Shown here: piece by piece, positions 1 to 13,500 of the stretch
Layout of the letters: every line of letters starts with the position of its first letter
Numbering within the stretch: the stretch's first letter is position 1
NCBI GenBank assembly: GCA_030141605.1
Contig: JAQGDQ010000085.1
Location: 372,001-436,000 of the forward strand
Source: Tubiluchus corallicola
Taxonomy: Eukaryota > Animalia > Priapulida
DNA length: 64,000 nt
Direction: 5' to 3'
Notes under the pieces: model-generated
What the model saw: the letters and a program-made list of their open reading frames with translations, nothing else
Told to the model about the DNA's origin: nothing
The model's database searches: none
Translations under genes and position numbers: made by a program

Positions 1-1160
1 TAATTGTTTTAATGATTTTAGTGTGAAATTTATTTTAATGATGTAATGTAGTGTAGCTAACACTTCAAGCGTGTTCATAAATGGAATGCTCATTCAGTAT
101 TTATATTTACAAAATTGTATTTAAAATTAAAACCATGATTTTAAAAGCCCAATTTGATGAAGCCGGCTTCTAAAGTAATTTTGACTTCCATTTTACTTTA
201 GTTTTGTTACTAATGATTCTACCTACCCCTGTGTATTGTAAACGTGATCACAACGTCACGAGATGTCATGCTGGTTCATATTCTTACTAAAAGCTTCAGT
301 GCCTGTGACGCTCATGTCGCTTCTCCTAGACGTTTTAAAGAGTCCCTTTGTGCTGTAAATGACGACGGCGTCGAAGCATGAAGTCTGGTGGGGGATGCTG
401 GGCTTTTGTTGCTATGGAAAACATCAACTTTAATCGTGTGTATGCATGGTGAAATCAAGCGTTGATAACATGGAAGTATTTCCACAGTGCTCGAGTTTTT
501 AAAGTTCTAAAAACTGACATTTAAATATGGAGTAAGTTGGCTGCAGGTCCTATAATGAGCTTTACTGGGCCTGCCGATTGTTGAGTTTTCTCCTACTTTT
601 TACGTATCAGTAGAAATACGCAGTATATGAAGAAGGAAGAGATAAAAAAATCTCTGGTGATCGTAGTTCATCTTATATTGTCTGTGAATTTGTGAAAATT
701 GTAGTATTTAGTGTTTTGGATCATACACCAAATGCTGCCAGCATTTGCTATTGATCCTGTTAAAATCACAAGTCTTATACTTTAGTGTTCATTTCAGTTA
801 CAGTCAGAACTTTTTTCATTCTAAAATTAATTTTTTATTTCTAAGTCTCCATTGTATTGCATTTGGGATTTGACAAAAATAAGCGAAGTAATACAATAAT
901 AAGTTACAAATTTTATTATCCGAGTGTCAGATTACCAACCTGATAATTTTTTTTCCATCATCTGGCTCTTTTAAAAACAGTAATTTCTGCTTGTCGTATT
1001 CAAGTACAGTACACAATATTTTTGCGGTAATATAGTTGCTAAGTAAATATAAGAAATATAATTATAGAAAATATAATATGCTAACCGAATTTCAATTATT
1101 TTGTAACTGTTATGTACATGTAAATTCTAGGCATATCTAACCCAATACTTTTATTTTCAG

Positions 1161-1226
1161 GAAAAGGGTATTAAAGTTCCCAGGAGGTTGTGCAAAGGTG
1201 GCAGTGTGTTTATTTCCGAAAAGGAG
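1161..1226 (+). CDS. SESN: Sestrin N-terminal exon ([22 protein letters not shown])
   Basis: ttttcag acceptor, GAG|gtgagt donor, 66 nt, phase 0/0. Resembles the SESN1 motif [20 protein letters not shown]. Confidence 0.88.
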
Positions 1227-4200
1227 GTGAGTTTGTAGAAAATAAGAAACTTAACAAAACAACGAAATTTTCACTTGATGTTTGGTTGGTAGAAATTGGT
1301 GAAAGGTTTATACTTATTATTGCAGTTTTACTCTCATTTGCTGTGCTGTTGAATTGACTGTGCAGCAAATTCTCGACTTTTTGTTGTTATGTTAGAAATT
1401 TCATTTACTAGGTTAGTTTAACTTTCCCTAGAATAGCTTTTGACAAATAACAGGAAATGAATCTGTATTGTGGATTATATATCAATTATTTACAAATCAC
1501 GTTTTTTTTCGTTTTTTCACCTGCCATAAACTCATCCAGTAACCAAACTGGTCAATCATTAACTGAGTGAATACTAGTCAAAATATTAATAGACTGCACA
1601 GTGCAGATTTACTTGAAGGAGCCGTTCACTGCTTGAGAAAGGGTGTAGTCATTTGGACGTTCTTGTCTTACACACCGGCTGGCTGTGAGAGATATTTCTG
1701 GAAAACTAAAACAAAATTCAAGCTGACTTTAAATACTGACACATTGGAGAGAAAAGCTTCCTGCATACGAGTGAATAGTACATTTGTCATCTATGTTACC
1801 ACAACCTCCTCTTACGTGTTTAAAAACGTCTGTCAAAATAAGAGGAAAGCACAAGTGTTAGCCATGCTACAAACTCAGTCGAAAAAATGTAATCTCTCTA
1901 GAATCTTTTGGTATAAAAATCGAGATAAAATACTATAGCTGGTCATATTATTACATACAAATGTAGCTTATTTTTTAATCAATAATGCACGAACAATATA
2001 AAAGGAAACAATAGTTTTCAAGAAACATAAAAGAAACAGTAAAACAAATAAAAAAGTACAAGACACTTGAAAGAAATAGCTTGCAAACATTTTGAAATTT
2101 CTTCAAAAGCTGTCAAAAGTTTAAAAATCAGTCATATTCAGCAGTTTTCGGTCACATTGTTGTCAATGATCATAATTCATGTCTAGATTCGTTTTACATC
2201 ATTACTAGGACCAGGCGAACTGCTAATTAACGAAAGCTTAGCCATTTTTAAAAAACGATAAAGTTTTTAAACGGGCAGCACATTTTCATTTCATTAATTC
2301 TTTTGAAATATTTCGTAACTGAAACTGCTTCTGTATAATAATTTCACCTTGTTGAATTGTTTTAAAGAGTCCATATTTTTATATTGAAACAAAACTTTCT
2401 TAAGGCTACAAGCAATACTAGTGTAACATTTTGTGCAATATTGTGGTGCCATCTGTTACACGAAAGATGAGGCAGTATAAACTGATGCCTCTTTAAGTGC
2501 GTTAAGTAATTCATAACAAAGAAAAGAAAACCCGTAAAGAATCTAAAAGTACATAAAAGTCAGTTTTTGAATTAGGGTTATAGTTGTTTGCTGTGTGTGC
2601 AGTGACCTCTGTCCATGCTTGTTAAAATTCAGCCCAGTTGTTTTTTGTTGAAACTTGAAGGGTTTTTTCTGTTGAGGAAAATGAAGGTTGGGCTAATGTT
2701 GCAATAGAAAACTAGAACTTGAGATTGTTTTTACAAAGATTTGCATCCACTGAAAACCACTGTGCAAATAAACTTGTGCAAAGTTGTGTTACGGTCCTGA
2801 TGCTATGCTTGAAATATAGTTAAAGGAAAACCGGGCCCAATCTTAAACTGTAGGCCAAAACAATCAAATATATTCTGTAAAATATTGAAAGGAAGCATAT
2901 TTATTTCTTTCAAAGATGACTTAGGTGAAAGAATTATTACAACGCAAACGCAATTTCGCGCCACTAATTCTTCGTTGTTACATGCTTTTCATCATTCATT
3001 AGTTGGATGCGCTAGCGCCTGTGTTTCGGAAACACGTTGCACAAAATACAGGTGCTGTATTTCTCAGTTCAGGGGTGTTTGGTTGTGACGTAGTACACAC
3101 GTTCGACAGCTCATGCGTGACCACAGCGTTAAATTTAAAATTTGCATTTTTATCTTAAAATTTTCCGAGTTTTAGTACAACACACTGAATCTCTTACAGT
3201 ATCGCTGTACTTCAATTTTCGTTTTCGCAAACACGTGTAACACTCTCGCAGAATGTTTGTGCTGTTTAAAAATTATGTTCATTTGTGATATCATCAATAG
3301 TTGCGCTCGCCAGCCCTTAACTAAGATGTTAATCTACTATATCATTATCAGAAACGCGTTTGCAGTATAACTGTACACTTTTTATTGTACTTGATATGAA
3401 AAATAATCCTGTCTTCCTTTAGTGCTTTAAATCCAAATCAACTATTATAACGAGCGCATTAACAGCATTAAAATGTATTATGATTATCATTGTGATCATT
3501 AATACATAACAAAAGATAATATAATGCAATGCAATATAATATATATACTGATATAATATAATATATGAAGTGTACTGTTGTGTAGTAGCTATGCCTGCTT
3601 TAGAGTTCCCCATAGCTAACTACCTATCACAAATTAGAATACGTGTTTTTCAGTAGGTAATCCGGATTCTATACAGCCATCTTTTTCCTCCAGGGATGAT
3701 AATTTTGAAAACTGTTGCAAATGTTTTTATGTACTTGCTGAAGGTCATTAGTCTGCACGCAGCAGCAGTAGTTCTTTTAACACCCAGAAATGCATTCAGA
3801 AGAAATTTTAGGAAATTCAGAGGGAGATTCAGAAGACGAAACGCATAAAGTCGTTTAAAGAAAGGAAAACTTGTTCTTTTCTCGAGGTTTTTTCAATTTT
3901 TCCTGCTTTTGTATACGCTTTTTAGCTGTCGTGGTAAAAATTCGGTTCGTTTGAGACGTCTTACAACATGTAGACATCTAAGTTTTGGCTGTGTGCACGC
4001 TAATATAGATCATGACTGATTAATTCAAATTTGGAGTTGAATTTTCAAAGCGAATATAAAATATCTCCGAAAATCACAGGGGACTGTATAGGTTTTTGTC
4101 TGAGTTATTCAGGCTTTTACTTCTGCTGCAAAATAATTGAATTCTCTTGCTTGCACGGTTTGTTCTAAACTCAATCAATAAGAGTTTAGCTTTCCGTAGG

Positions 4201-4492
4201 AAGGTAGGTTGTTGCAAGAAGCAGTAAGTGGAAATCATTTTCAGATCTTTTTGTAAAGCTCATTGTGAACTGTGCTGTGACACGTTATTAGGCATTGTGC
4301 ATTGTGCGATGGCTATTAGGAAAATTCGTAAGAAATATTAGTGTGGACAATCACAGATAGCGTGAGACCGGCATTAGCTTTTATTACATATATTCCATAA
4401 TACTATTATCTGACGACATGTAATTACGGCAAAAAGGTGTTGCTGCATCGAAGATGCTGATGCTAGTTTAACTGTGGTTGCATATGTTACTA

Positions 4493-4537
<45 letters not shown>

Positions 4538-7500
4538 ATCAACGAACCACTCCTGTTTTAAATTCGCTTCAAAAAATAAAATTTCTTAAAAACTTCAGTT
4601 TAAGATAATGACAGTTGTTTTTAAATATATCGTCCTGTATATTACTTAGTTGTGGTGCGTTTTATCTGTAGTCAAAACTGTAAAATTCGTGCTCATGGTT
4701 TAATATATGTCTTTGGATTTGGACCTGTAAAGTTTTAACCAATAAGCAAATAGATCAAATGATCAGTAAGCAATTAAAATAAATTAAATTTAACAACTAA
4801 TCAGAATAGAAGCATCATATGTAAAAAGGAGCCTAACAATTAGTGCAAACTGTACTACAAACTATATTTGTACTACAGACTAATGAAACTATACATACTA
4901 TGCAAGCTTTGATAACGTTTGGTAAAACATCTGTTTTTTCACTATGATTGTGTTAAAATATGTGCTAATTTGGTTCGCAATAAATAGTAAAATATTGGTA
5001 CATCTTAAAGAATATTTTTATTGACAAACAAAAGCTTATTTAAAAGCTTATTTCTATTCTAGCTTATTTAAAAAAAATGTAATAAGTTTACTTCAATATC
5101 ACAAAATATATCATGAGTAAAAAATATTCAAGACCAGTGAGGGGTGGCTCCGTCTGGGAGGGCCTCATAACCTCATTAGCCAAGGGCCCAAAAAGATCAT
5201 AATCCGGCTCTGTGTAAGGCAATATATTATATTTAACACAGTAACAGGTTCTTGCACATGAGACTATAAAATATTAATATCTAAATGACAGAACTATGCA
5301 TAAATTTGTTCAAAGTTCACATAAATTGCAATTATTACTTTATAATCCTTTGTACACTTCGAAGATTGACAGTGTTACTTTTCGAAGGCTGACCTTGTAT
5401 CAATCATTTTGTAAGTGCATCATCTGTTTTAGAATTGATTACAAGCCGGTGTTAAGACATATTTTCTCTTCCACTTTAAAGAGCCTTGGCTTTTTTTGCA
5501 GATTTTTTATTCCTAAAGAAAACTTCAAACATTAATATTCTCCACAAATGTAAGACGGTCATTTTCTGCCTTATTAAGAAAACGGAAAAACAAATTGCTG
5601 TATTATCGATAAGCAGTGACCCGGGCTGCACATACAATACGCACATACTCCAGCGTTCGTTCACCCGTCAGTTTCTACATCTGTAATTCGTTTGTCAAGC
5701 ATGCAGTAAGATCTGTTGTAGCTATGCAGTCTTTGTAATCTCACAAGACGTAAACTTTCAACACCATCACAAGTGAAGCTGTCGTAGAATGCCAGGCATT
5801 CATTCGTCTTGTACGTTGTTGTCTCATCATCTGCATGTCTGCCACACCAGTATTGTCATCCTTAGCACTTTGCATTTAAAGTCAACCCCATTTGGAGTAT
5901 TGGGACATTGTGTGCTTGTTATAAAAGCATTTTAAACGGTGTACCCCAAGATGAAGCAAAAGGAATTATAAAATAGATAACGACGATAATTATAAATAGA
6001 TTTTTTTGCGTCTATTAGTGTATGGCATTCGTGGTGCGACTTTTGCATAAGTTGTGTAATTATTATTTTTGTGTTTCTCAATGATGACTACTGACTAGAG
6101 AGAGAAACTGAGCTCTAACAGTAAGCAGATACTTGACAGCTTTTTCAGGATGACTATCCGTGTGCTGATTTATGAACTGTTGTGAAGTCTTGTTAACTGT
6201 ATTTTTGATGAGCCCATGAGTCATGACATGAGAGTAATAATCTTAGAAGATTTACAGTTTCTGCTATCTGTTATATAACATATGACATGTTATGTTATGT
6301 CATGTTATGTGATGACGTATGATATGTTATTTAGGACATATGTAACAGTTTGTCTGTCTGAATAAAAATTGACTAAGTTCATATTATCGCTTGCTAAAAA
6401 TTGGACATGTAGGAAAACTGGAAAAATATCATTTCCTCTTTTTATTGTAACTAATTGTCAGCGTTTTTCCTGGCTAGGTTTGTTTTAAAGTATACATTAA
6501 TTGCTTTGTTTAATCTTTCAAGAATCATTAAATGCTAAGGTAGAGCGAAGTAGACTAAAGTAAAGAAAACTGTATGGAAAATGAAATAGTTATATGACAG
6601 TAATATTATAAGATCAATCACTTTAAATGCGTACGTGCCGTATAAATGTTTTTCCATTTCACTAACAGGCACCGGAGGAACTGGATGAATGGAGCTTCGT
6701 ATGCCAGCAAAACTCGCCGAGTTCATCAAATTCCCAATTTATTACAAAACTATGGTTACTAGAATAACGGCTTGCACTTGTACAAATATTATGAAAACGT
6801 TTTTGTACCCGTATTGATTTAGTTGACGTAATATAATCGCCAGTTCTTTAAATTAGTTCCCAGGGTAAAATTTCGTAAATCCTCACCTCGTGCTCACCCG
6901 CCTGTGATTTATGAGATTTCAGTTTATTTTGAATAATTTATCAAGAAACAAACCCTCCCGCTAATTAATTGACCTCGTGGCCTTTACTGAGCGCTCCATC
7001 ATTAGCACCTCATTTTATTGATAAATTAAAAAGTAATTATACGATAAATAATTGATGATTCTGATGGTTAACTGCTTGTTTAATTATAACCATTATCCTG
7101 ATTATCGCAATTCATTATTTATCGTTCTATGCAACCGTGGCCCCTGATTTAATGAATGCAGTATTTATAACAGGTTTCGAGTGTTATTAAACAATTTAAG
7201 TTAAGCGTAACATTTTGATCATCATATGCGCTAATAATGTTATTCATAGTTCTCAATTTATTTATTTAAGAAAACTACCGTTTTTATAAATTAGAATCCG
7301 CCATGTTGTATGGCCCGTGTTTCTGAGGTAATAAAGTCATAGGGAAAATGTCACAATTTTAGCTAGGAAAAGGTCACAACTTATTTTGGCGGAGTTAGAG
7401 TTAGGGCGGGCTAATTTCTTTTAGTCCTGTGTTGTTTTTCTGTGCTTTTTTACTTGTGACTTTTTTACCTGTAACTTTATTACCTGGATTCGTTCTGAAA

Positions 7501-10500
7501 ATGACCTCTTTTTAGATTTGTGTTTTTGCACTTAATTAAGTTTTCTAAATTTGTATAGGTCTTCGGTAGATTTTGAAGAACTAATTAGTATTTAAAGTTA
7601 TTGAAAGCAAAAGAACAAAAGAGAGATTAGAGTAGAAATTGGCAATTCTGACGTAATCTGAATATCAACAAAGTGGTGCAAAAATTAAATCTCAGTGTCA
7701 TTGGGGATTGTGGCGAAGCTTTTCTCTGAAAGGGATGAATTTTATTGTAATTCAAGCAGCCTGTGATTTTATAAATTTAAGCCTCGTTGTTGAAATATTC
7801 GCAGAATTCAACAGAAAAATTCTCATGCATCGTAATCGGATTTGTGACTCGAGGGCTTTCATGTGGCAGAAAGAAGGGGTTAAAATTAGGAAGGATTTTA
7901 GTTAATTACTCTCGATTTGAAAGTGTTGCAATTTTAAGTAAGAGTTGCGTGAAAGATATGTGTATATATCTATTATGATTTTTATTATCTACTGAAATAA
8001 ATGCTTTAAAGGACAAGAAAAGGGGCACCTGAAGTAGGTTTCAGAAAAATCGCCTTAAAAAATTATATTACTTTACAGCAATTTTATGCACATATCGTTT
8101 TCGCGTTGAAAGCAATTTTGGTTTGTTTGCATTTTAAATTTCCCGCAGTACTGTTCCGACGGCGCCATTACATGACGTCACTAAAACATGTAAATCAGGA
8201 GGAGAAAATGCAATGTTAAATTATGACCCAAAAAACTTTCCATGCAATCTATATTACTTAGCATTTCATTTACCTGCTGGAAAGACTTACGTAACTGGAC
8301 TAATAATTTAAAATGTTTGTGCCAATTGGTAAAATCGCTGACTCACCCTCCAGGGTGCACCACTCACTAGCCAAAAACGTATTTTTAATCTTATTGACAA
8401 GATATATTGTAATGTAAAATTTTACTTAATTAGCAACATGTATGCTACGAATGCTCTGATTATTTTTTCAAACTTTACTCAATGTTATCAAAACTTGTTT
8501 CAAACGACCTACGATTAAAATGGCTGCACCTAACGGTCATCGCGGGAGTTTAAATTTACACGTTTTATACAGCGTTACGGCCGATGCAAGCCATGCATAC
8601 GAAAAGGTAGTATGTAAGACTTGTAAGTGTTATAAAATTTCGAGACGATTTTTTTAAGCTTAATGTAAGTGGAAAGTTTTCTTGTGCTTTAATTAAAGAC
8701 GATAATTTGAAAACAAGAATTGATGACGTCATGCATCAGCGTGGGGGTCTAATTGCACCTGGGTTTCTTCGCGTGAGGATAGCATTATGTTAGCATGTTT
8801 ACACGCGTCGAAATTGAAACGTCGAACAAATCTTTGCATCTTTCGGATGCCTAGAATTACTTGTTTGGAATGTGGAAAAAACGACAGTTGAGCTGGTTTG
8901 AACAGTATAAATAGCCAGTATTATAACACTTTCCTCAGCTATGATCTTTTGCTTTTCTACATAAAATTCAGACGTTTGTGTACGTCTAGATCGGCAACCT
9001 TAATTCACCCAGTCGAAAAGTTGTCTGTTTTTTTTAATTTACCTACTTACAGTGCATCACAGAGAACAGATCCAGACATTTACTAGAATTTAATAGTAAT
9101 AAGATAAAGAAGAAGACGGAGAAATTAAATTAAAAAAATTATACTCAATAAAGCACAAGAAAGCCCTCTATTTACATAAAGCTTAAAAAATTCGTCTCGA
9201 AATTTTATACCACTTACGTACTACCTTTTTGCATACAGGTCTTGCATCGGTCGTAAAACTGTATAAAACGTGTAAACTCCCGCGATGACCAGTAGGCGCA
9301 GCCATTTTGATGGCAGGTCGTTTGAAATAAGTTTAGACAACACTGAGTAAAGTTTGAAAAAATAATCAGAGCATTCGTAGCACACATGTTGCTAACTAAG
9401 TAATATTTTAAATTACTATGTCTTGTCAATGAGATTAAAAATACGTTTTCGGCTACTGAGTCAGCGACATTTTACCAATTGGCACAAACATTTTAAATTA
9501 TTATTTCTAGTTACACAAGTCTTTCCAGCAGCTAAGCGAGATGTTAAGTAATGCACAGATTTGCACGGAAAGTTTTTTGGTACATAATTTAGCATTGCCT
9601 TTTCTTCCCCTGATTTACGTTTGCGTAGTGACGTCATGTATTTACGCCTCCGGAACAGTATTGCGAGAGATAAAAAATGAAAACAAACAAAAATTCCTTT
9701 CAACGCGAGTACGATATATGCGCAAAATTGATGTAAAGTAGTGTAATTTTTAAGGCGATTTTTCTGAAGCTTCAGGTACATTGGGTACCCCTTTTCTTGT
9801 CCTTTAAACGAGCAAGTCTCGATTTGTGTAATTTTAATGTGAGAACACTTCGTTGATTGTACTTTAATTTTCTGCTCTCCAATTAATCTGATCAGAAAGT
9901 AAAATGACGTGCTGAATTGTTACAATTACTACTGCACGTTGTAATATCTACTGTGCCATTTAATTCCTTTATATTCGCAGCAGTCATTATCATATCGGAT
10001 TACAGAGAGTTGTATCTTACCATTTTAATTCGGTTGCAGTGCAGGCAATCGTAATTTATTGCCTAGTGTTTTTGTGCTGAAGTTATAACACATCCTGTGT
10101 TTGTTTATTGTGACCAAGGCTGGTACTAGTTTACGAAGTGCATTTTTTCACAGTGAAATAATTGATATTAACATTTGATAGAGTTATGGTTTAGTTAAGT
10201 AAGCTAACAAGTTGTTTTCAGAAGTGGTGTGCTCATTTTATCTTCATATTATCATCATCATCTTCGTTATTGTCCTTGTCGTCATTGCCACCGCCGCCAC
10301 TGTCGTCGTCATCATCATCATCATCGTCATCCTCATCATCATCATAATGATTATTATTATTGTCAGTACTATTATCATAACAATTGTCGTCTTTTCTCAT
10401 TCTGCTTTCTTGATTTCCCAGAGGCTAGTATGTTCTTTTTCCAAATTATTGCTGAAAGTAACCAGTCATACTGTATGCATTCTGCGTTCTGTCTTCAGCC

Positions 10501-13500
10501 AGCCTTTTCGCCTAATTTTGTTATCTTATATACAGTCATTCGATAGGAAACTACTTAAACCAGGACGGCTATTAATGAATAATGGACTAGTCTCTCTGAC
10601 AAAAAAGCGTTTCGCCAGTAACGGTTTTTCTGCGCTTAATGATTTTGTTAACATAACTGGCGACAGGTGGCGATACCGCACAAGCAGTCGCTCTCTACTG
10701 GTTCTGCATCTTCGAGCAATATTTGCTAGGTCAAGTTTGCGTGTTGCTGTAGCAATCAATGCAGCGTTTACGATTTCACCTCCCACAAAACATTTATTGC
10801 TCCACTCACTCTCCGATTTCTAGGTTGCGGGAAAAAGTGAATCAGTCCATTACGTTAATTTTAGAGTCTCTATTAGGTTTTAAACCATTTAGTGTCCGTC
10901 CCTACTACATAATTGCCTTCAAGCCAGAAACTGACTAATCGAGGTTTAATGTATTAATGGGGGGGTGCCCATCAGAGAACCTGTAACAGATATCAGCTGT
11001 GATAGTGAAGGAAGCACGCAAAAAGACGAGAATAAAAGTACAACAACGACAACTAAACTACAAAGACAAAGGCAACATAGACAAAAGTAAAAACAGACGC
11101 TAAAAAGACAACTGCAACAAAGTGAAAAAGACGATGGTTTTCAGCTTTGGTTTCACATTTGGTTTGGTAAAGAAAACAAAGGCATAAGTAATAAAAATAA
11201 AAGTAAGAAAGCAAAAAGTCAAATGTAAAAAACCAAAAACCTAGCGACAGATTTTAAATAGCAAAACTATACACGCTTTTTCACCTCATGAATGTGAACA
11301 GCATAGCCTTTCTCACTTTGTTGTAATTGTCTTTTTAGCATCTGTTTTTACCTTTGTCTTTATCCTCTTGTTGTCGTTGTTGCCTTTTTATTCTTGTCTT
11401 TTTGCGTGCTTCCGTTTTGTTCATAGTTGATGCCTGTCAATTTGTTCAGTTCTGCTGTAGTACAGTACTGAAGTTAAAGTATACGCCATCAAATCGAATC
11501 TTTATGCTTCGATCATCTGGCCTTGGCTTCGAGGTACCATTTTAATCAGATTTCTTGCGGGCAAATAGATTAGTGTGTAAATGTCACGGTCTTTCCATCA
11601 CCGAACTGAAATCAACCCTGTGAGTTAACCCTCACAAATACGTTGAGGATTTTTCAAGACTTTACTCAGTCTCAAATTTAAACGGCTATGTTACATAAAT
11701 AGTCGTGGCTGTAACGCAAAGAAGATCCGTCTTAGCTAAAAGAAGGCTTCGAGAAGTTGTGACAAGGACGATCCGGTGTGCTCGGACGTAACTTCCGGTC
11801 TTAAAGAGTAGAGTGTTTTCCTGGGAAAATGTGTTTTTTTTCAGTTCCTGTTTACGCACCGTTTTAAGAAGCTGTCCAGTCTTGTTGGCCAACAGCTGCT
11901 GTTACTGCTGCTGGTATGCTTAGCCTTTTTAAAGTGATTTTGGTAAATAAATTGCTACTAGGCTGTGGCATTGGGTACATAGAGCCGCGTGTTATGTAAA
12001 TCTCTGTTTTACAACCTCAAGTCAGAACTGAAGAGTTTCTTCATATCTCATATTTTGTTTTCCAGTTAGCTGCAAGTACATTTTTTTCTTTGAAAAACTC
12101 TAATGAAACTCTTTACTCCGTGAAATATCACTGTATTCCTGATACACAGTGTTATTCCCAAGTCAGAAATTTACTGAATGGAAATGTCTTGTGTGGATTC
12201 CAGGTAATGGGGTCACAGAAAAAAAGAATCAACTCTAACCCTAACCTATATCGTATCCATAACCGTAACCTTAAACTTAGCCAAAATTAATTGTGACATT
12301 TTTCCTAGCTAAAATTGTAACTTTTTCCGTGAATTTTTTCGTGTGACTTTATTACCGGTCACCCTTGTGTGACCTTGAGTAACTGAGTCATAATCTTGAG
12401 ACCTACATTTGAGTGTCATCTGTACTGCTCTTTCAACCTGTTTGTTATGATTATTACGATTAGACTAACGTAATATCAAATTTGTGCTATATCCATTGCG
12501 TGGATCGTCTCATGCTCGTGTAGGTTCGCGATTGCTCGACATTCCTGTTTATGCCTTGCCGTGTACCAACTGGTATGGTAAGACAGAGTGGGCACGGTAT
12601 ATGATTAGCGAAGTTCAGTAGCGCTAGGCCTGTTTAATAAATGGACGGGCTACTGCCTGTAAAACTGGAATACTGAGGAAAACAGAATACCTCTTGTATA
12701 CCGTTTGATATCCGATTTGTTTCCACCGATTGTTTGTTGTGCTGAAGCTTGGTGAATTCACGTTGAAGTGTAGTTAAGGTTGTTCAAATACTGAAAATTT
12801 CACTGGGAGTACGTGGCAAAGAATTAAGAGTGTTTAAGTCTGAACGTAGTCGAAGACATCTCTGCCGGTTCACTGTTTCATTTTAAACTTAACGGGTTAT
12901 TCTTGATAAATGGGTAACGTTCCAGTCCTGCCGCAATCGTTATTCTAATAAGTATAGGCCCTGGAGTATGCTGCATATTACCAGCTTGTATTTCGTCTAA
13001 CAACGTGAAGAAGCCAGAAATAAGAAGTGTTCATCCTAATCGACTAGTAACAATTATTAAGTTTATATGTTTATTGTTTATGTAATTAACGGCACAGCGC
13101 ACATGGGTTAATACTTTGCTGCCGGTAATTTCGTCTAATTGACTGGTTTGTGGGTGGTAGCGGGGGCGGATAAGGTACTCTGACGTCACAATGTGCTTAT
13201 CTCTACACGGCAGCAACTGATGCTGAATGCTGTGAGAGGATCGGTTGTCATTGGATGTAGCTTTTTACTTGGGCCTTGCTCGTGACCAAGAACTCCTTAC
13301 ATTGTCAGTAATTGGTCAGCTCGGCTAAAGTTCAAACTGACCAATACTTAGCATTGGTAACGCTTTGAAATGACATTGCTAAGTCATTTTGGAGCGAAAC
13401 GACTACTAACCAGAATTTGCCAAACCTACCTACGAGCAAATCATCCAAACAATACCAAGTATGCAAAACTTGTGAGTGAGTGAAAACGTGCGGGAAATCA

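Noticed and set aside
260-537. Possible first sestrin coding exon ending at GGA|gtaagt (532)
   Set aside because: The phase-0 frame has TAA at 508-510 with no later in-frame ATG, and the ATG at 527 would be out of frame with exon 1161. At most a non-coding exon.
7041-7125. Pre-miRNA-like hairpin (acgataaataat / attatttatcgt)
   Set aside because: AT-rich with large asymmetric loops; more likely a MITE remnant
10212-10823. 203-aa + strand ORF and His-rich 105-aa ORF
   Set aside because: The N-terminal part is a translated (ATC)n tract, the listed starts are not ATG, and no domain is recognisable
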